Shown: positions 56,001-63,878 of the stretch, piece after piece
Position numbering within the stretch: the stretch's first letter is position 1
Layout: the number at the start of each line of letters is the position of its first letter
Virus record (IMG/VR): IMGVR_UViG_3300049215_000686
Coordinates: 93,132-157,131 of that record
Length of the DNA: 64,000 nucleotides
DNA from: a virus
Reading direction: 5' to 3' (one strand)
Position numbers and translations under genes: made by a program
The notes under the pieces: generated by a model
What the model saw: only the letters and a program-made list of their open reading frames with translations
Databases searched by the model: none
Told to the model about the DNA's origin: nothing

Positions 56001-58907
56001 TGCGTCAAACTGGGTTGTGCTGGGAACCGCTGGAGATGCGATCGTAGCATCGATATACATTGGAATATCAAAGGTTTTTTCGTTTGGGTTGTCATCCATA
56101 ATGACAACAAAATTGTCTTTTTGCCCGAACTCAAGCCCCGAAGTCGTTGTAAGTTTTTGTAATCCACCAATCGGATCGGTTTGAAGAGGAGTGTTTTCCC
56201 TGAGAGTTAACGAACTTGAAGAAACAAGTTGCTCAGGTTCGCGAATCAGTTTGCTTGATTCGCCTAAATACGCAAGAACTGGGCGATTATTGTAGATATA
56301 AGAATTGAACGGAGTTCCATTGACACTCAACGTATCGTAGGGGGCGACCAGATCGGGAGTCTGGATGGTCAATCTTCCGTTCGGATATCCAGCCAAATCA
56401 CCGGACTCTTCAGTAGCCGATTGTGGATCATTATTCGGGAGATCTCCCGCCATAAACCCAAGATTAATGGCCGTTCCAGCCAAAATAGGAATCAAAAGTC
56501 CGCCACTGCTATCGAGTCTTTGCGTCCGAATTTGAACAATATCGTTGTCCATGAGTTCGGCGATCCCGCCAGAAATTTGAGAATTGATGACAGAAACGAT
56601 GCTTGAGCCTGAAATCGCAGCCCCAACCGGAAGAGTCACTTCTTGTGGCAGACCCGTGGTCCTAAAGAACGAAAATTGTTTTGTGAAGCCATCGGGCGTA
56701 TCGGTTCCTGAAACCGGATCAGCGAAAAAACAATCCACATATGAACCATCATTAGCGACTTGATAGACTTTAACAAAGCCATTGATCGGAAGATTATAGA
56801 AATAACCCCAATCATCAACCAATACGTTGCTGAATTGTCCGACTGCTCCAGAGATCCTTTGAATTCCAGAAGAAGGAATACTAAACGTTAAAAGAGAAAC
56901 GATCTGATTCACGGCCAAAATGCTTCCGGGAGCATCTGTGACCATGACGAATTTAGCGGGCGATCCCAGTGTTGCGGAAAGATCAAAAATGGGCTGAGAA
57001 GAAGTATTCACGAACCCTTGAGTAAGCGTGTTCCCCGCCGTTAATGCGCTTCCTTGTTCCAAAGGAGCCGCAAGTTCGATTTGGCCTAAAAGACGATTGA
57101 GTTTAAACTGAGAAGTAATTCCCGTTGAAGAAGCGCTTGCATTGATGATTCGTCCCGCAAGCGTCCCGCTTATAACAGAAATCGATGCCGAAGTAATTTT
57201 CCCTCGATTACTCGTCAGCGTAAATGTTCCATCGGTTTGGGCGGTTGCTGTAATTCCAATGAATCGGGCATTAATGACAGTCGCCCAATCCGAAGGAGAA
57301 GCCCCCGCAATCGTCAAACTTGAAGTAAGAGTCGCAAAATCAGAATCCGTCAAAGTCACTAAGGGTGAAAGAATTCCATCGATCTGAAGCTGAAGAGATT
57401 CGCTATTGTTAAATGGCGGCCATTCGGTGTTTGGAAAACTTTGAATGGTGGCGGTAGCGCCATTTTTTTGCAATAAGACGCTGTTCTTATAGAGCCTGAT
57501 TGTATACTGCTTATGGAGAGGGAAAAGAATCGCCGCATTTGCATCATCGCTTGAGGCCGAGGTGACTTGAATGAAATCTGGATCATCACTGACGGGAACC
57601 ACGAAGATTTGTCCATTCTTAGCCCGCGCCTCAATGGTCGTAAAAACAGCATTAATGGTCTGAACGACTTCCTGAGCAGAAACGATTCCTGGTGTTCGGT
57701 ATTGGGTATTGGATAAAGGCTGCTCTTCTGCGAGCCCATCCACAACAAAGCGAAGCCGTTCGCCACCTTTCAGATTAAAAGGCTCAGTGCCGACACTGGC
57801 GATCTGAGATTTTACAATCGGGAAATTTTGAAGTTGAACGAATTTCTCTGTGCCGACCGCCTTCGTTACAATGCTTTCTTCGCCAATGCCTGAAAAACTG
57901 GGCTGGAAACCGGTTCCATCATCAATAAAGAGAATCCCAAGTTGGCCTGCTTCGGTGGGCTCTCTCAAAAAGGCAGAAACAACGCGATTCCCTTGATCCG
58001 GATCGCTGACACCAATCACGGTTGAGATAATAGCGCGTTCGGTGCCTTTACCGATATTATGCACGTGATCTTTAATTCGCTGCCTAAGTTCCGCGTCGGT
58101 TTCTGTATCAGAGCCGCCGGCAGCCGGGAATTGATCGTTAATCACCGTAGCGGTTGAAAAGGGAGGACTTGGGAATTCGGTGATTTTGTTGATCCCAACA
58201 TTTCCGGAACTACCCGGTAAAACGGCAGTGGCGGATACGGCCTGAATGGTGTCTTCACCATCTGGCAAAACGACATCAATTTGAGTCGAAAACTGAATTG
58301 CGGGACTTCCGGCTGCGGAAGGAACTTGAGCAATCGTTCCGGCTAAAACATCTCGATCTCCGCCTTGGGCCAAAACGACTTCTTCGCCTACAAAATGGTC
58401 TTTTGTCAGATTGCTCGCTAAATTGAGCGTCCAAAACGTTCCATTATTGACCTTTGAAACGTAAGCAACTGACTCGGAAGTCGAAGAACCTCTTCCAATA
58501 TAAATGGTGCCTGAAGCGTTAAAGGAAGTAGCATTATTGATTTTGAGGGCGGAATCACCTGCGGCAGGGGCTACATCCCCGGCAAAAACGTTACTTGAGA
58601 TCTTAGAAAAAGCAGTATCTCGAATCGAGATTTGAACACTTGCGCTTTTGGCCCCAAGACGAGCCGGAGTTACCCCGAGTTCACTCGCTAGGTTTTCAAG
58701 ATCGACCCCTTTGGCTTTGTCGATATCTCTGAGATTAATCAATGTAAGTAGTTTACCCTCTTGGGTAAAGTCAGAACTTGCCGCCGCTTCCAAGAGCGTC
58801 AAAAAGACCGACCCAGGAGATAGGTCATTTAGGTCAGTTTGAGCCAAAAGAGTCGAAATCATCTGACCTAAGATGTTTTGATAAGAGCGCAACTGGATAT
58901 TAGCCAT
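53070..58907 (-). CDS. very large baseplate J-like wedge protein
   Basis: PGSV..TLLEA, G..GN, GGSDTETDAELRQR, C-terminal RAAGV...LGLGQNVVLSE. Confidence 0.88.
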   Translation of the reverse strand: MANIQLRSYQNILGQMISTLLAQTDLNDLSPGSVFLTLLEAAASSDFTQEGKLLTLINLRDIDKAKGVDLENLASELGVTPARLGAKSASVQISIRDTAFSKISSNVFAGDVAPAAGDSALKINNATSFNASGTIYIGRGSSTSESVAYVSKVNNGTFWTLNLASNLTKDHFVGEEVVLAQGGDRDVLAGTIAQVPSAAGSPAIQFSTQIDVVLPDGEDTIQAVSATAVLPGSSGNVGINKITEFPSPPFSTATVINDQFPAAGGSDTETDAELRQRIKDHVHNIGKGTERAIISTVIGVSDPDQGNRVVSAFLREPTEAGQLGILFIDDGTGFQPSFSGIGEESIVTKAVGTEKFVQLQNFPIVKSQIASVGTEPFNLKGGERLRFVVDGLAEEQPLSNTQYRTPGIVSAQEVVQTINAVFTTIEARAKNGQIFVVPVSDDPDFIQVTSASSDDANAAILFPLHKQYTIRLYKNSVLLQKNGATATIQSFPNTEWPPFNNSESLQLQIDGILSPLVTLTDSDFATLTSSLTIAGASPSDWATVINARFIGITATAQTDGTFTLTSNRGKITSASISVISGTLAGRIINASASSTGITSQFKLNRLLGQIELAAPLEQGSALTAGNTLTQGFVNTSSQPIFDLSATLGSPAKFVMVTDAPGSILAVNQIVSLLTFSIPSSGIQRISGAVGQFSNVLVDDWGYFYNLPINGFVKVYQVANDGSYVDCFFADPVSGTDTPDGFTKQFSFFRTTGLPQEVTLPVGAAISGSSIVSVINSQISGGIAELMDNDIVQIRTQRLDSSGGLLIPILAGTAINLGFMAGDLPNNDPQSATEESGDLAGYPNGRLTIQTPDLVAPYDTLSVNGTPFNSYIYNNRPVLAYLGESSKLIREPEQLVSSSSLTLRENTPLQTDPIGGLQKLTTTSGLEFGQKDNFVVIMDDNPNEKTFDIPMYIDATIASPAVPSTTQFDATDSTGALLGSSTRWLGHRFEDYRVWFKAKADLPFNVANTEMRITSVKFGPQGEKIQFGIFYPATASSPAAATYSIDSLNSLVLVSLVLSSGSARVIGLTPNANVSVSSTGPVGNTYTWTIQFIPPVSLATVQIGDIVALNDGSFSTANQVQMAVQSITNLSDATRSYEFIEEIFPGSSISGGTNFSLGGSPAQTLSAGDKLTINSITLNATAVGANQITVPTGGAYAVGGGTVTVFGTPYTYTGYNAGTGVFSGVTPDPNGIVVPGNPIKQTVTPDTHFVQTVATASTGTSDAPFTSNGIGYDITLTHAAITADASPSFSVSAGDKIQVASQLLTVQSVISSTIYTVDSPFSFSGSQNGTISRIILMGTKTTTAITESISSSSSAGVVVMQLNNSGNTASSLISAVNNTAGVQEIVSAANGVGSTGAGIVTTSTEDLLANGDTRSSLENSESFVLTTASSSPAITLKVPAAMAPEIGESIRLVPMTPANVRDHFNRKQISGLSNAAEVDLVNGARHIQISSLIPGGIGQVFAVGGTGSGNNVLPLRDSSQQISNSIGAIKLDHSALDLLNPGNLIFISQTGRAKKSYVGASPDPSTTAQIQTVSPTTARITFGVPLAATKSYTHTGSVVWAVRRLSKNRLRFEVFSGTASLPGTLQADDWVLVGDGTSYAGITPAQFFASANRGYFQIRETDASTYFDVDAVGIEQFVTCTSSPFVFLPYHSARIGDQLVIANSSPFSQVNQGTFLITAVNDAFNVEYANSASINEGPSALGTNGTGSISVLDQGYSTYRSVDVLAPDPSDPTNQAIVIVTPGYNISLLNQAQGAVTTLPNRLGFGSDPVPGISGYQFWTGLKRRVQRTLDGYAPDPVSFQGVRAAGVGIEAREPQIQRVTMTIKVTTNQGVALSSISDTIKSSVIGFINSLGLGQNVVLSEVVSIIQSISGVKSVVLANPVLEQEIITVNDNAIARTSASEITLS

Positions 58908-58979
58908 GAACGTTTAGCCTCGAAAACATTAAGGATATTTTCACCGTGTCCGAGCAGACACACTTAGCCGCAAAGAAAC

Positions 58980-59008
58980 TTGCATTATTTTGACGCGGCG
59001 GGTAAAAT
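58980..59008 (+). promoter_or_regulatory. sigma70-type promoter, leaderless
   Basis: TTGCAT-17-TAAAAT-6 nt-ATG(59015). Confidence 0.65.
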
Positions 59009-59014
59009 TGACTT

Positions 59015-59755
59015 ATGAAGTTGGTTAAAATAGGTTTTGTTCTGGGTTTATTGGTTTCAAATACGGCTTTTGCGGAAGCCCCATCCTGGACTCGCCACAC
59101 CGAGCGCCAAATCATTGGATCCGATATCGTCCATTGGGGGACCGGCGAAGCAGACTCTTCTGATGTCGCCCTTTTTAAGGCTCGTCAGATGGCGATCAAA
59201 GCATTGATCGAAGAATGCGGCGGAATCGCCAACAAAGACATCATCCCACGAAAACAGTACGTCGAATCCAAAGCCGGTACTAATGTTGGCTACGCTTTGG
59301 TTTCTTTGGATTTTGATAGTTGCCAATCCGGAAAAGGAAAAGATGCAAAAAACCTTCAGAATCCGGAAATCATGAAAGAACAAGCGATGTACGACAAATT
59401 GATCGGGGTGAAAAAAGATACCGAAGAAATGAAGGTTCTTGAGAAGCAAATCAAAGATACGATCCGCTCAGGTAACGAAATCAGGCAGGAGCAGATCGGA
59501 TCTCTTAAAAACGAGATCGATTATTTACGATCAAAAGTCGAAGAACAGCGCCAGCCTGCCCAAGTGGCTCAAGTCGCCCCAAGTGCCGGATCAAACGATG
59601 CTGCTAAACAAATGTGCTACGGGCAATACCAGGCCATGAGACAGCAATTAATGGCTTATGCTCAGCGCTATCACGGCAACGTGGCCAGCCCCGCGCTCTT
59701 TAACTATTACAACGCGACCCGTCGTCAAAAACTAATGTGCGATAGCCTGAAATAA
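59015..59755 (+). CDS. secreted protein (LPP20-like N-terminus)
   Basis: signal peptide ...NTAFA-EAPSW; G.G.....A...AR..A. Confidence 0.7.
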   Translation: MKLVKIGFVLGLLVSNTAFAEAPSWTRHTERQIIGSDIVHWGTGEADSSDVALFKARQMAIKALIEECGGIANKDIIPRKQYVESKAGTNVGYALVSLDFDSCQSGKGKDAKNLQNPEIMKEQAMYDKLIGVKKDTEEMKVLEKQIKDTIRSGNEIRQEQIGSLKNEIDYLRSKVEEQRQPAQVAQVAPSAGSNDAAKQMCYGQYQAMRQQLMAYAQRYHGNVASPALFNYYNATRRQKLMCDSLK

Positions 59756-59784
59756 CTGAAAAACTTTTTGGGAGGAGAAGTCCG

Positions 59785-60480
59785 ATGAAACGCTTGAAGA
59801 ACGTAAAAGAAGTCATGATTTTGGCCCTCAGTCTCGCCACGGGATGCTCGACCAATCCCTATAAAGTGAAAGAGGTTGATGCCGACGTAAAATCTACGCA
59901 CGGATCAATTCAGGGAGCAACCATTGCTATTGACAAAAACGATCAGGCAATCATTCAAAAAGAGAATGATGCTGAAGTAGAACTTCGGGAACAAACCTGG
60001 AAGAACTACGACCTTGAAAAGAAACTGAATTACGATTATGGACAACTCAAACAATGCCAAAACGAACTGGCTGACCCACGGCTAGGGGGAAGCGGACAGG
60101 TAACCGAGATCCCGGATTTAGACGTGATCAACCGGCTGCCCGAGAAAAAAGAAGAGTTTGGAATTACCAAAAATGGTCAGTTGGTGATGGTGAAGCGTGA
60201 AATGTATCTCGATCGCTTAAAGGCCGAACGACAATACGAAGAAGTGCTAAAGTCCGCTTCCAAGACGGTCGCCAAACATAAGGATGGATGTGAGTACAGT
60301 CTCTCGATCGCTCGGGTAAAAAATGGTTTGCCCGCCAGCCGCTATGCTGCTCAAGGTCATTTCTCGGGAGAACAATACATTCAAGAACGTCCGGCTGAGC
60401 ACAATCTAGATGATGCTTTTAGGATATTAGCGAGCGAGAAACCCTCTTCAAAACCGGCTCAAGAAGAAGGTGATGAATGA
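59785..60480 (+). CDS. lipoprotein
   Basis: GGAGG RBS; LATG-C lipobox. Confidence 0.75.
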   Translation: MKRLKNVKEVMILALSLATGCSTNPYKVKEVDADVKSTHGSIQGATIAIDKNDQAIIQKENDAEVELREQTWKNYDLEKKLNYDYGQLKQCQNELADPRLGGSGQVTEIPDLDVINRLPEKKEEFGITKNGQLVMVKREMYLDRLKAERQYEEVLKSASKTVAKHKDGCEYSLSIARVKNGLPASRYAAQGHFSGEQYIQERPAEHNLDDAFRILASEKPSSKPAQEEGDE

Positions 60481-60806
60481 AAAAGATAAAAATATGGACA
60501 AAAGACTATCGTCCATTTATTTTGGGCGGCAATGTCCATCAGCCTATGGCAACAGAAGCAGAAGCATCTGGGCCATTCGCTTTGGGTAAGGGATATGAAG
60601 GATATGTTGTTCTTTCTCCGCTGGGAGAATCTTTTGTGGCGGAAAGTAAAACAGGGGCACTCGTTGGGCCTACACTTAACGAAGTCCGAGCGGACATTAA
60701 AAAAGCCAAAAAATCAGTTATGAAAAAACAGATTATCGAGGCTCAGGAATCCGTAAAGGCTGCAAGGATAGTTGATCCAGCCGAATTTTGGAAGCGATTA
60801 AGGTGA
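60477..60806 (+). CDS. hypothetical protein
   Basis: ATGA overlap. Confidence 0.65.
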   Translation: MKKIKIWTKDYRPFILGGNVHQPMATEAEASGPFALGKGYEGYVVLSPLGESFVAESKTGALVGPTLNEVRADIKKAKKSVMKKQIIEAQESVKAARIVDPAEFWKRLR

Positions 60807-60809
60807 TGA

Positions 60810-61280
60810 ATGAGAAACTGGACAAGATTCGAACGAGCCGAACTTCTTCCTCATAATGAAGACAATCTGAGAGAGCAAGTGAAAATATTTGGGATCTCAT
60901 TTGAAGAATTTAAGAAAATAGATGAATTAGCACGAGAACGAACTCTTTCGGTTTGGAAGAATAATTTATATCAAGTGCTAATAAAAAGGGTTCCAATGAT
61001 TAAGGGGAATCCTCCGATGCTTCATTTGTCAATTAAGAGGTTAGACAAAGAACCCATTCATGACTGGCGAGACCTCCAACGAATCAAAAATGAACTTATT
61101 GGACCCGAACATGAAGCCTTCGAAATTTATCCAGCCGAATCGCGAGTTGTCGATACCGCGAACCAATACCATCTTTGGGTGTTTAAAGATCCGGAAATGA
61201 GAATTCCGGTTGGCTGGCAAAAAGGGCTTAAAAATGCAATTTCCGGTGGCGGGGCTAAGCAGAGGCCATTTGAGGAATAA
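60810..61280 (+). CDS. conserved phage protein
   Basis: HLSIKR.D...DWRDLQRIKNE..G.E.EA.EIYP...VD..N.YHLW. Confidence 0.75.
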   Translation: MRNWTRFERAELLPHNEDNLREQVKIFGISFEEFKKIDELARERTLSVWKNNLYQVLIKRVPMIKGNPPMLHLSIKRLDKEPIHDWRDLQRIKNELIGPEHEAFEIYPAESRVVDTANQYHLWVFKDPEMRIPVGWQKGLKNAISGGGAKQRPFEE

Positions 61281-61435
61281 AAATGAATAAGCCCAAAAAA
61301 CTCTATCGCTACAATGGGTATCACGAACTCCAAATACATCTAATCGGCCCGGATTGTAATCCACAACTTATCGAACGTCAGCCTGATGGAAATTTGTAGA
61401 GATGCTGGCGAGCCGGGGTTCATCCTCCATTAAAC

Positions 61436-61527
61436 TGGCGGAAGACCGAGGTGTCGAGTCCCCGTGCGCTCTCGCGCGACGTATATCCGCTTTCAAGGCG
61501 GAGTGCCAGGCCGCTGGCAGGTCTTCC
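61436..61527 (-). tRNA. tRNA-Ser(TGA), atypical fold
   Basis: GGAAGACC/GGTCTTCC-G-CCA; TCCGC-CTTGAAA-GCGGA; long variable arm; unusual D and T arms. Confidence 0.7.
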
Positions 61528-61609
61528 ATTTAAATTCTTTCGCTGGTCCATCTCCTGCATTGGATTGATTCAGTAGTACCAGGCAAAAATCAAACAATTA
61601 GGAGATTTT

Positions 61610-61840
61610 ATGGACATCCGAACTGATCCGAATTTCATCAAATATGTAGTCACAACGCTTCTTACCAATGCGAATTTAACAAAACTACAAGGCGGCAAAT
61701 ACGTGGTCGCTGGCTTAAACGCTATCCCCGGCTTCAATCAGGGAGAACAATTCACAAGCATTGATCAGGTTTCCGACCGATTGGTAAGCGCATTGCAGAG
61801 ACAATACGAGAGTTCTGCTGGGAGTTCTCGGCAGGCCTAA
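61610..61840 (+). CDS. hypothetical protein inserted antisense within the tRNA cluster
   Basis: AGGAG RBS, 76 aa. Confidence 0.7.
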   Translation: MDIRTDPNFIKYVVTTLLTNANLTKLQGGKYVVAGLNAIPGFNQGEQFTSIDQVSDRLVSALQRQYESSAGSSRQA

Positions 61841-61851
61841 TCGGATGTCCG

Positions 61852-61891
61852 GCAGGGAGACTCTTTTCACTGCGCTGGGTCTCCCTGCTTT
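61852..61891 (+). terminator. hairpin/terminator
   Basis: GCAGGGAGACTC...GGGTCTCCCTGC-TTT. Confidence 0.55.
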
Positions 61892-61914
61892 AAAAACTAA
61901 ATCCTCCATCAGTT

Positions 61915-61985
61915 TGGTCCCCACGTGTGGACTCGAACCACACCTAAAACGTTCGTAGCGTTCCGTCCGATCCTTTGGCGTGGGG
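61915..61985 (-). tRNA. tRNA-Arg(ACG), shortened D-arm
   Basis: GAACG-CTACGAA-CGTTT, TGTGG-TTCGAGT-CCACA, CCA encoded. Confidence 0.75.
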
Positions 61986-61997
61986 ATCGTTTCAAAT

Positions 61998-62072
61998 TGG
62001 TCGGCGGTAAAGGAATTGAACCTTTTTCGTCTTCCTTGTAAGGGAAGCATTCTCCCGGTGAATTAACCGCCG
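61998..62072 (-). tRNA. tRNA-Val(TAC)
   Basis: CTTCC-CTTACAA-GGAAG; full cloverleaf; CCA. Confidence 0.9.
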
Positions 62073-62073
62073 A

Positions 62074-62126
62074 TGCCGGAGCGCTTTGGACTCGAACCAC
62101 CACAGGTCCCCAACTGGACACGCCCC
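62074..62126 (-). pseudogene. tRNA remnant lacking the anticodon arm
   Basis: GGGGCGT/GCGCTCC acceptor, GTCC-AGTTGG-GGAC, TGG-TTCGAGT-CCA, ends GCA. Confidence 0.65.
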
Positions 62127-62135
62127 ATATAAATT

Positions 62136-62209
62136 TGGTGCGAGCGGAAGGAATTGAACCTTCATTAGACGATTATCGGTCGTCCGTTCTGCCGTTGAAC
62201 TACGCTCGC
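62136..62209 (-). tRNA. tRNA-Ile(GAT), C33
   Basis: GACGA-CCGATAA-TCGTC; CCA. Confidence 0.9.
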
Positions 62210-62211
62210 TC

Positions 62212-62288
62212 TGGTCCAAGGGGCACGACTCGAACGTGCGACTACCGCCTTATGAGAGCGGTGTTCTACCCTGCTGAACTACCCTTGG
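62212..62288 (-). tRNA. tRNA-CAT (elongator Met or Ile2)
   Basis: CCGCT-CTCATAA-GGCGG; paired 1:72; CCA. Confidence 0.9.
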
Positions 62289-62543
62289 TCATGGAACCTC
62301 AAATGCGTGCCGATCACATAACCACGCCATTTCGTGTGTGCCCGGCTCGCTGATATGAGAGTCCTTTTGCATTTGATTGGGGAAAAGTTTTCTGTGTGTA
62401 ACACAAAACCATTGCCCATCTATTTTGTAACCACAAGCCTCCCGAACTTTGTACTCGATACCCCATTTAATGGTGGTGCCGAGTTTCGTTTTCACAACAT
62501 TCGATTTGGTCATAATGACCTCCTTTTGAGGCCATCTTATCAA
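62289..62543 (-). CDS. small Cys/His protein within the tRNA operon
   Basis: GGAGG RBS before internal MTKSN; C..H and C..H pairs. Confidence 0.6.
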   Translation of the reverse strand: MIRWPQKEVIMTKSNVVKTKLGTTIKWGIEYKVREACGYKIDGQWFCVTHRKLFPNQMQKDSHISEPGTHEMAWLCDRHAFEVP

Positions 62544-62648
62544 ATCGACTTTTTCAATTTCTCAAAAACCCCCTTTTTTCAGCCTATTTTTTCTATTTTC
62601 CTTAATTATTTCAGACCCCAACTTTTCGCTTGGTGCGATTTTTAGACT

Positions 62649-62723
62649 TGGTCCGGACGATAGGATTTGAACCTATTTTGTAGCGCTTAGAAGACGCTTG
62701 CCTATCCAATCGGCCACGCCCGG
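62649..62723 (-). tRNA. tRNA-Arg(TCT)
   Basis: AGCGT-CTTCTAA-GCGCT; CCA. Confidence 0.92.
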
Positions 62724-62725
62724 AT

Positions 62726-62762
62726 AAAAAACAAAACCCCCGAAACTTTCGCTCCGGGGGTT
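62726..62762 (-). terminator. intrinsic terminator (attenuator) directly upstream of the first tRNA
   Basis: AACCCCCGGAGC-GAAA-GTTTCGGGGGTT followed by TTGTTTTTT. Confidence 0.9.
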
Positions 62763-62793
62763 CGTTGTGCTTTTGAGATTGTTAGTTGTTAAA

Positions 62794-62871
62794 CTAAGCG
62801 CACACCCCCGTTGACTCGATAATCATCGAGCGACTAATCATTACGACTGAGGATCTACGCATGGTATTCAT
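62794..62871 (-). CDS. attenuator leader peptide MNTMRRSSVVMISRSMIIESTGVCA
   Basis: leaderless ORF 6 nt after TATAAT; its 3' end CGGGGGTGTGC is complementary to the terminator 5' arm and adjacent sequence. Confidence 0.8.
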   Translation of the reverse strand: MNTMRRSSVVMISRSMIIESTGVCA

Positions 62872-62884
62872 GTCTCTATTATAC
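62872..62884 (-). promoter_or_regulatory. -10 element of the tRNA-operon promoter
   Basis: GTATAAT-AGAGAC-ATG; near-identical to GTATAAT-AAAGAC-ATG at 63847-63832. Confidence 0.7.
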
Positions 62885-62912
62885 ATTTCCTTGTCAGAAC
62901 ATCATTCTTTTT

Positions 62913-63341
62913 TTAATTCATCCAAAAATAAGCCAAACATCCCAAATTGATCGGATTAAATCCCAACTTCCTCATTTCCCGCCATGCTTTGAGTTTTGAC
63001 CATTTTTCATATCTTTGCCGGTACATCGCCACCACAAGCCCGGTACGGTCTTTTCCATGAGCACAATGAACGAAATAAGGGCCTAGATAGGGATTCCCTA
63101 CCATCCGTAAAAACCGCTTCACCTGAACTTCGGGATAAGAAACCCCTCGCATCGGAATGGTTGAGAAAATAAACTGATGCCGAATTGCAATCCCAACTTC
63201 TTCTGCCGCAAAATCTTTCTCACGAAGGTTGATGATTGTTTTGATTCCGAGCCCCTTAAGTTGCTGATAATCCTCTAAAGATTCGGGCTGTCCGCCACGG
63301 TATAGATTTTCGCTGACCTTCTCAAACTTCGGAATGGCCAT
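62913..63341 (-). CDS. dual-specificity/tyrosine phosphatase family protein
   Basis: LYRGGQP, INLR, VHCAHGKDRTG; likely start MAIPKF. Confidence 0.9.
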   Translation of the reverse strand: MAIPKFEKVSENLYRGGQPESLEDYQQLKGLGIKTIINLREKDFAAEEVGIAIRHQFIFSTIPMRGVSYPEVQVKRFLRMVGNPYLGPYFVHCAHGKDRTGLVVAMYRQRYEKWSKLKAWREMRKLGFNPINLGCLAYFWMN

Positions 63342-63342
63342 T

Positions 63343-63534
63343 TCAAACTCGTTCAATATGAAGTTTGTTCGCGCCCAAACAGCGAGGCGGTGCTTGACGG
63401 AATGCCTTACCGGCGATGGTAAGATGCTGACTGACACCGATATCATCAATTTCGACCTGTCCCAAATAGGTGTCTTTATCTCCCCTTTTTTCTGCTTTTT
63501 TATAGAAACGCACGATATACGAGCGATGGCTCAT
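63343..63534 (-). CDS. hypothetical protein
   Basis: GGAG RBS; operon packing. Confidence 0.55.
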   Translation of the reverse strand: MSHRSYIVRFYKKAEKRGDKDTYLGQVEIDDIGVSQHLTIAGKAFRQAPPRCLGANKLHIERV

Positions 63535-63558
63535 TTTCTTCTTCCCCGAGTTAGATTT

Positions 63559-63834
63559 TTAAATATTTTGGGCCTCATCATCGAACTCGTCAACAATGAA
63601 AAGCGCATAAACACTATTTTGGGTTTCAAAGAGGATTGTTTGATTGAGGCGCGCTAATGACTGAACTCGCGTCGTTCTGACAGATCTGACCCCGAATTCA
63701 AGTCCTTCTCCTGTCAACGTAAAACCCTCATTCAAGGCCGGAAGATCCCGGCAAACGCCTTCAATCACATTGGTTCGCAGGTTATTGTGCGACGAGTTAA
63801 TTCTATGGAGGTGAACTTTGTAATGTCTGGCCAT
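63559..63834 (-). CDS. hypothetical protein (leaderless start MARHYK)
   Basis: TATAAT-6 nt-ATG; C-terminal FETQNSVY. Confidence 0.6.
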   Translation of the reverse strand: MARHYKVHLHRINSSHNNLRTNVIEGVCRDLPALNEGFTLTGEGLEFGVRSVRTTRVQSLARLNQTILFETQNSVYALFIVDEFDDEAQNI

Positions 63835-63852
63835 GTCTTTATTATACGTTTT

Positions 63853-63878
63853 TGGTATTTCCGACGGGGATCGAACCC
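63853..63878 (-). pseudogene. 3' fragment of a tRNA
   Basis: GGGTTCGATCCCCGTCGGAAATACCA with no matching 5' half nearby. Confidence 0.5.

Noticed and set aside
61436-61527. tRNA-Sec
   Set aside because: The anticodon reads TGA (Ser), not TCA, despite some Sec-like fold features.
61715-62353. Several short ORFs over the tRNA cluster
   Set aside because: Incidental frames across tRNA genes.
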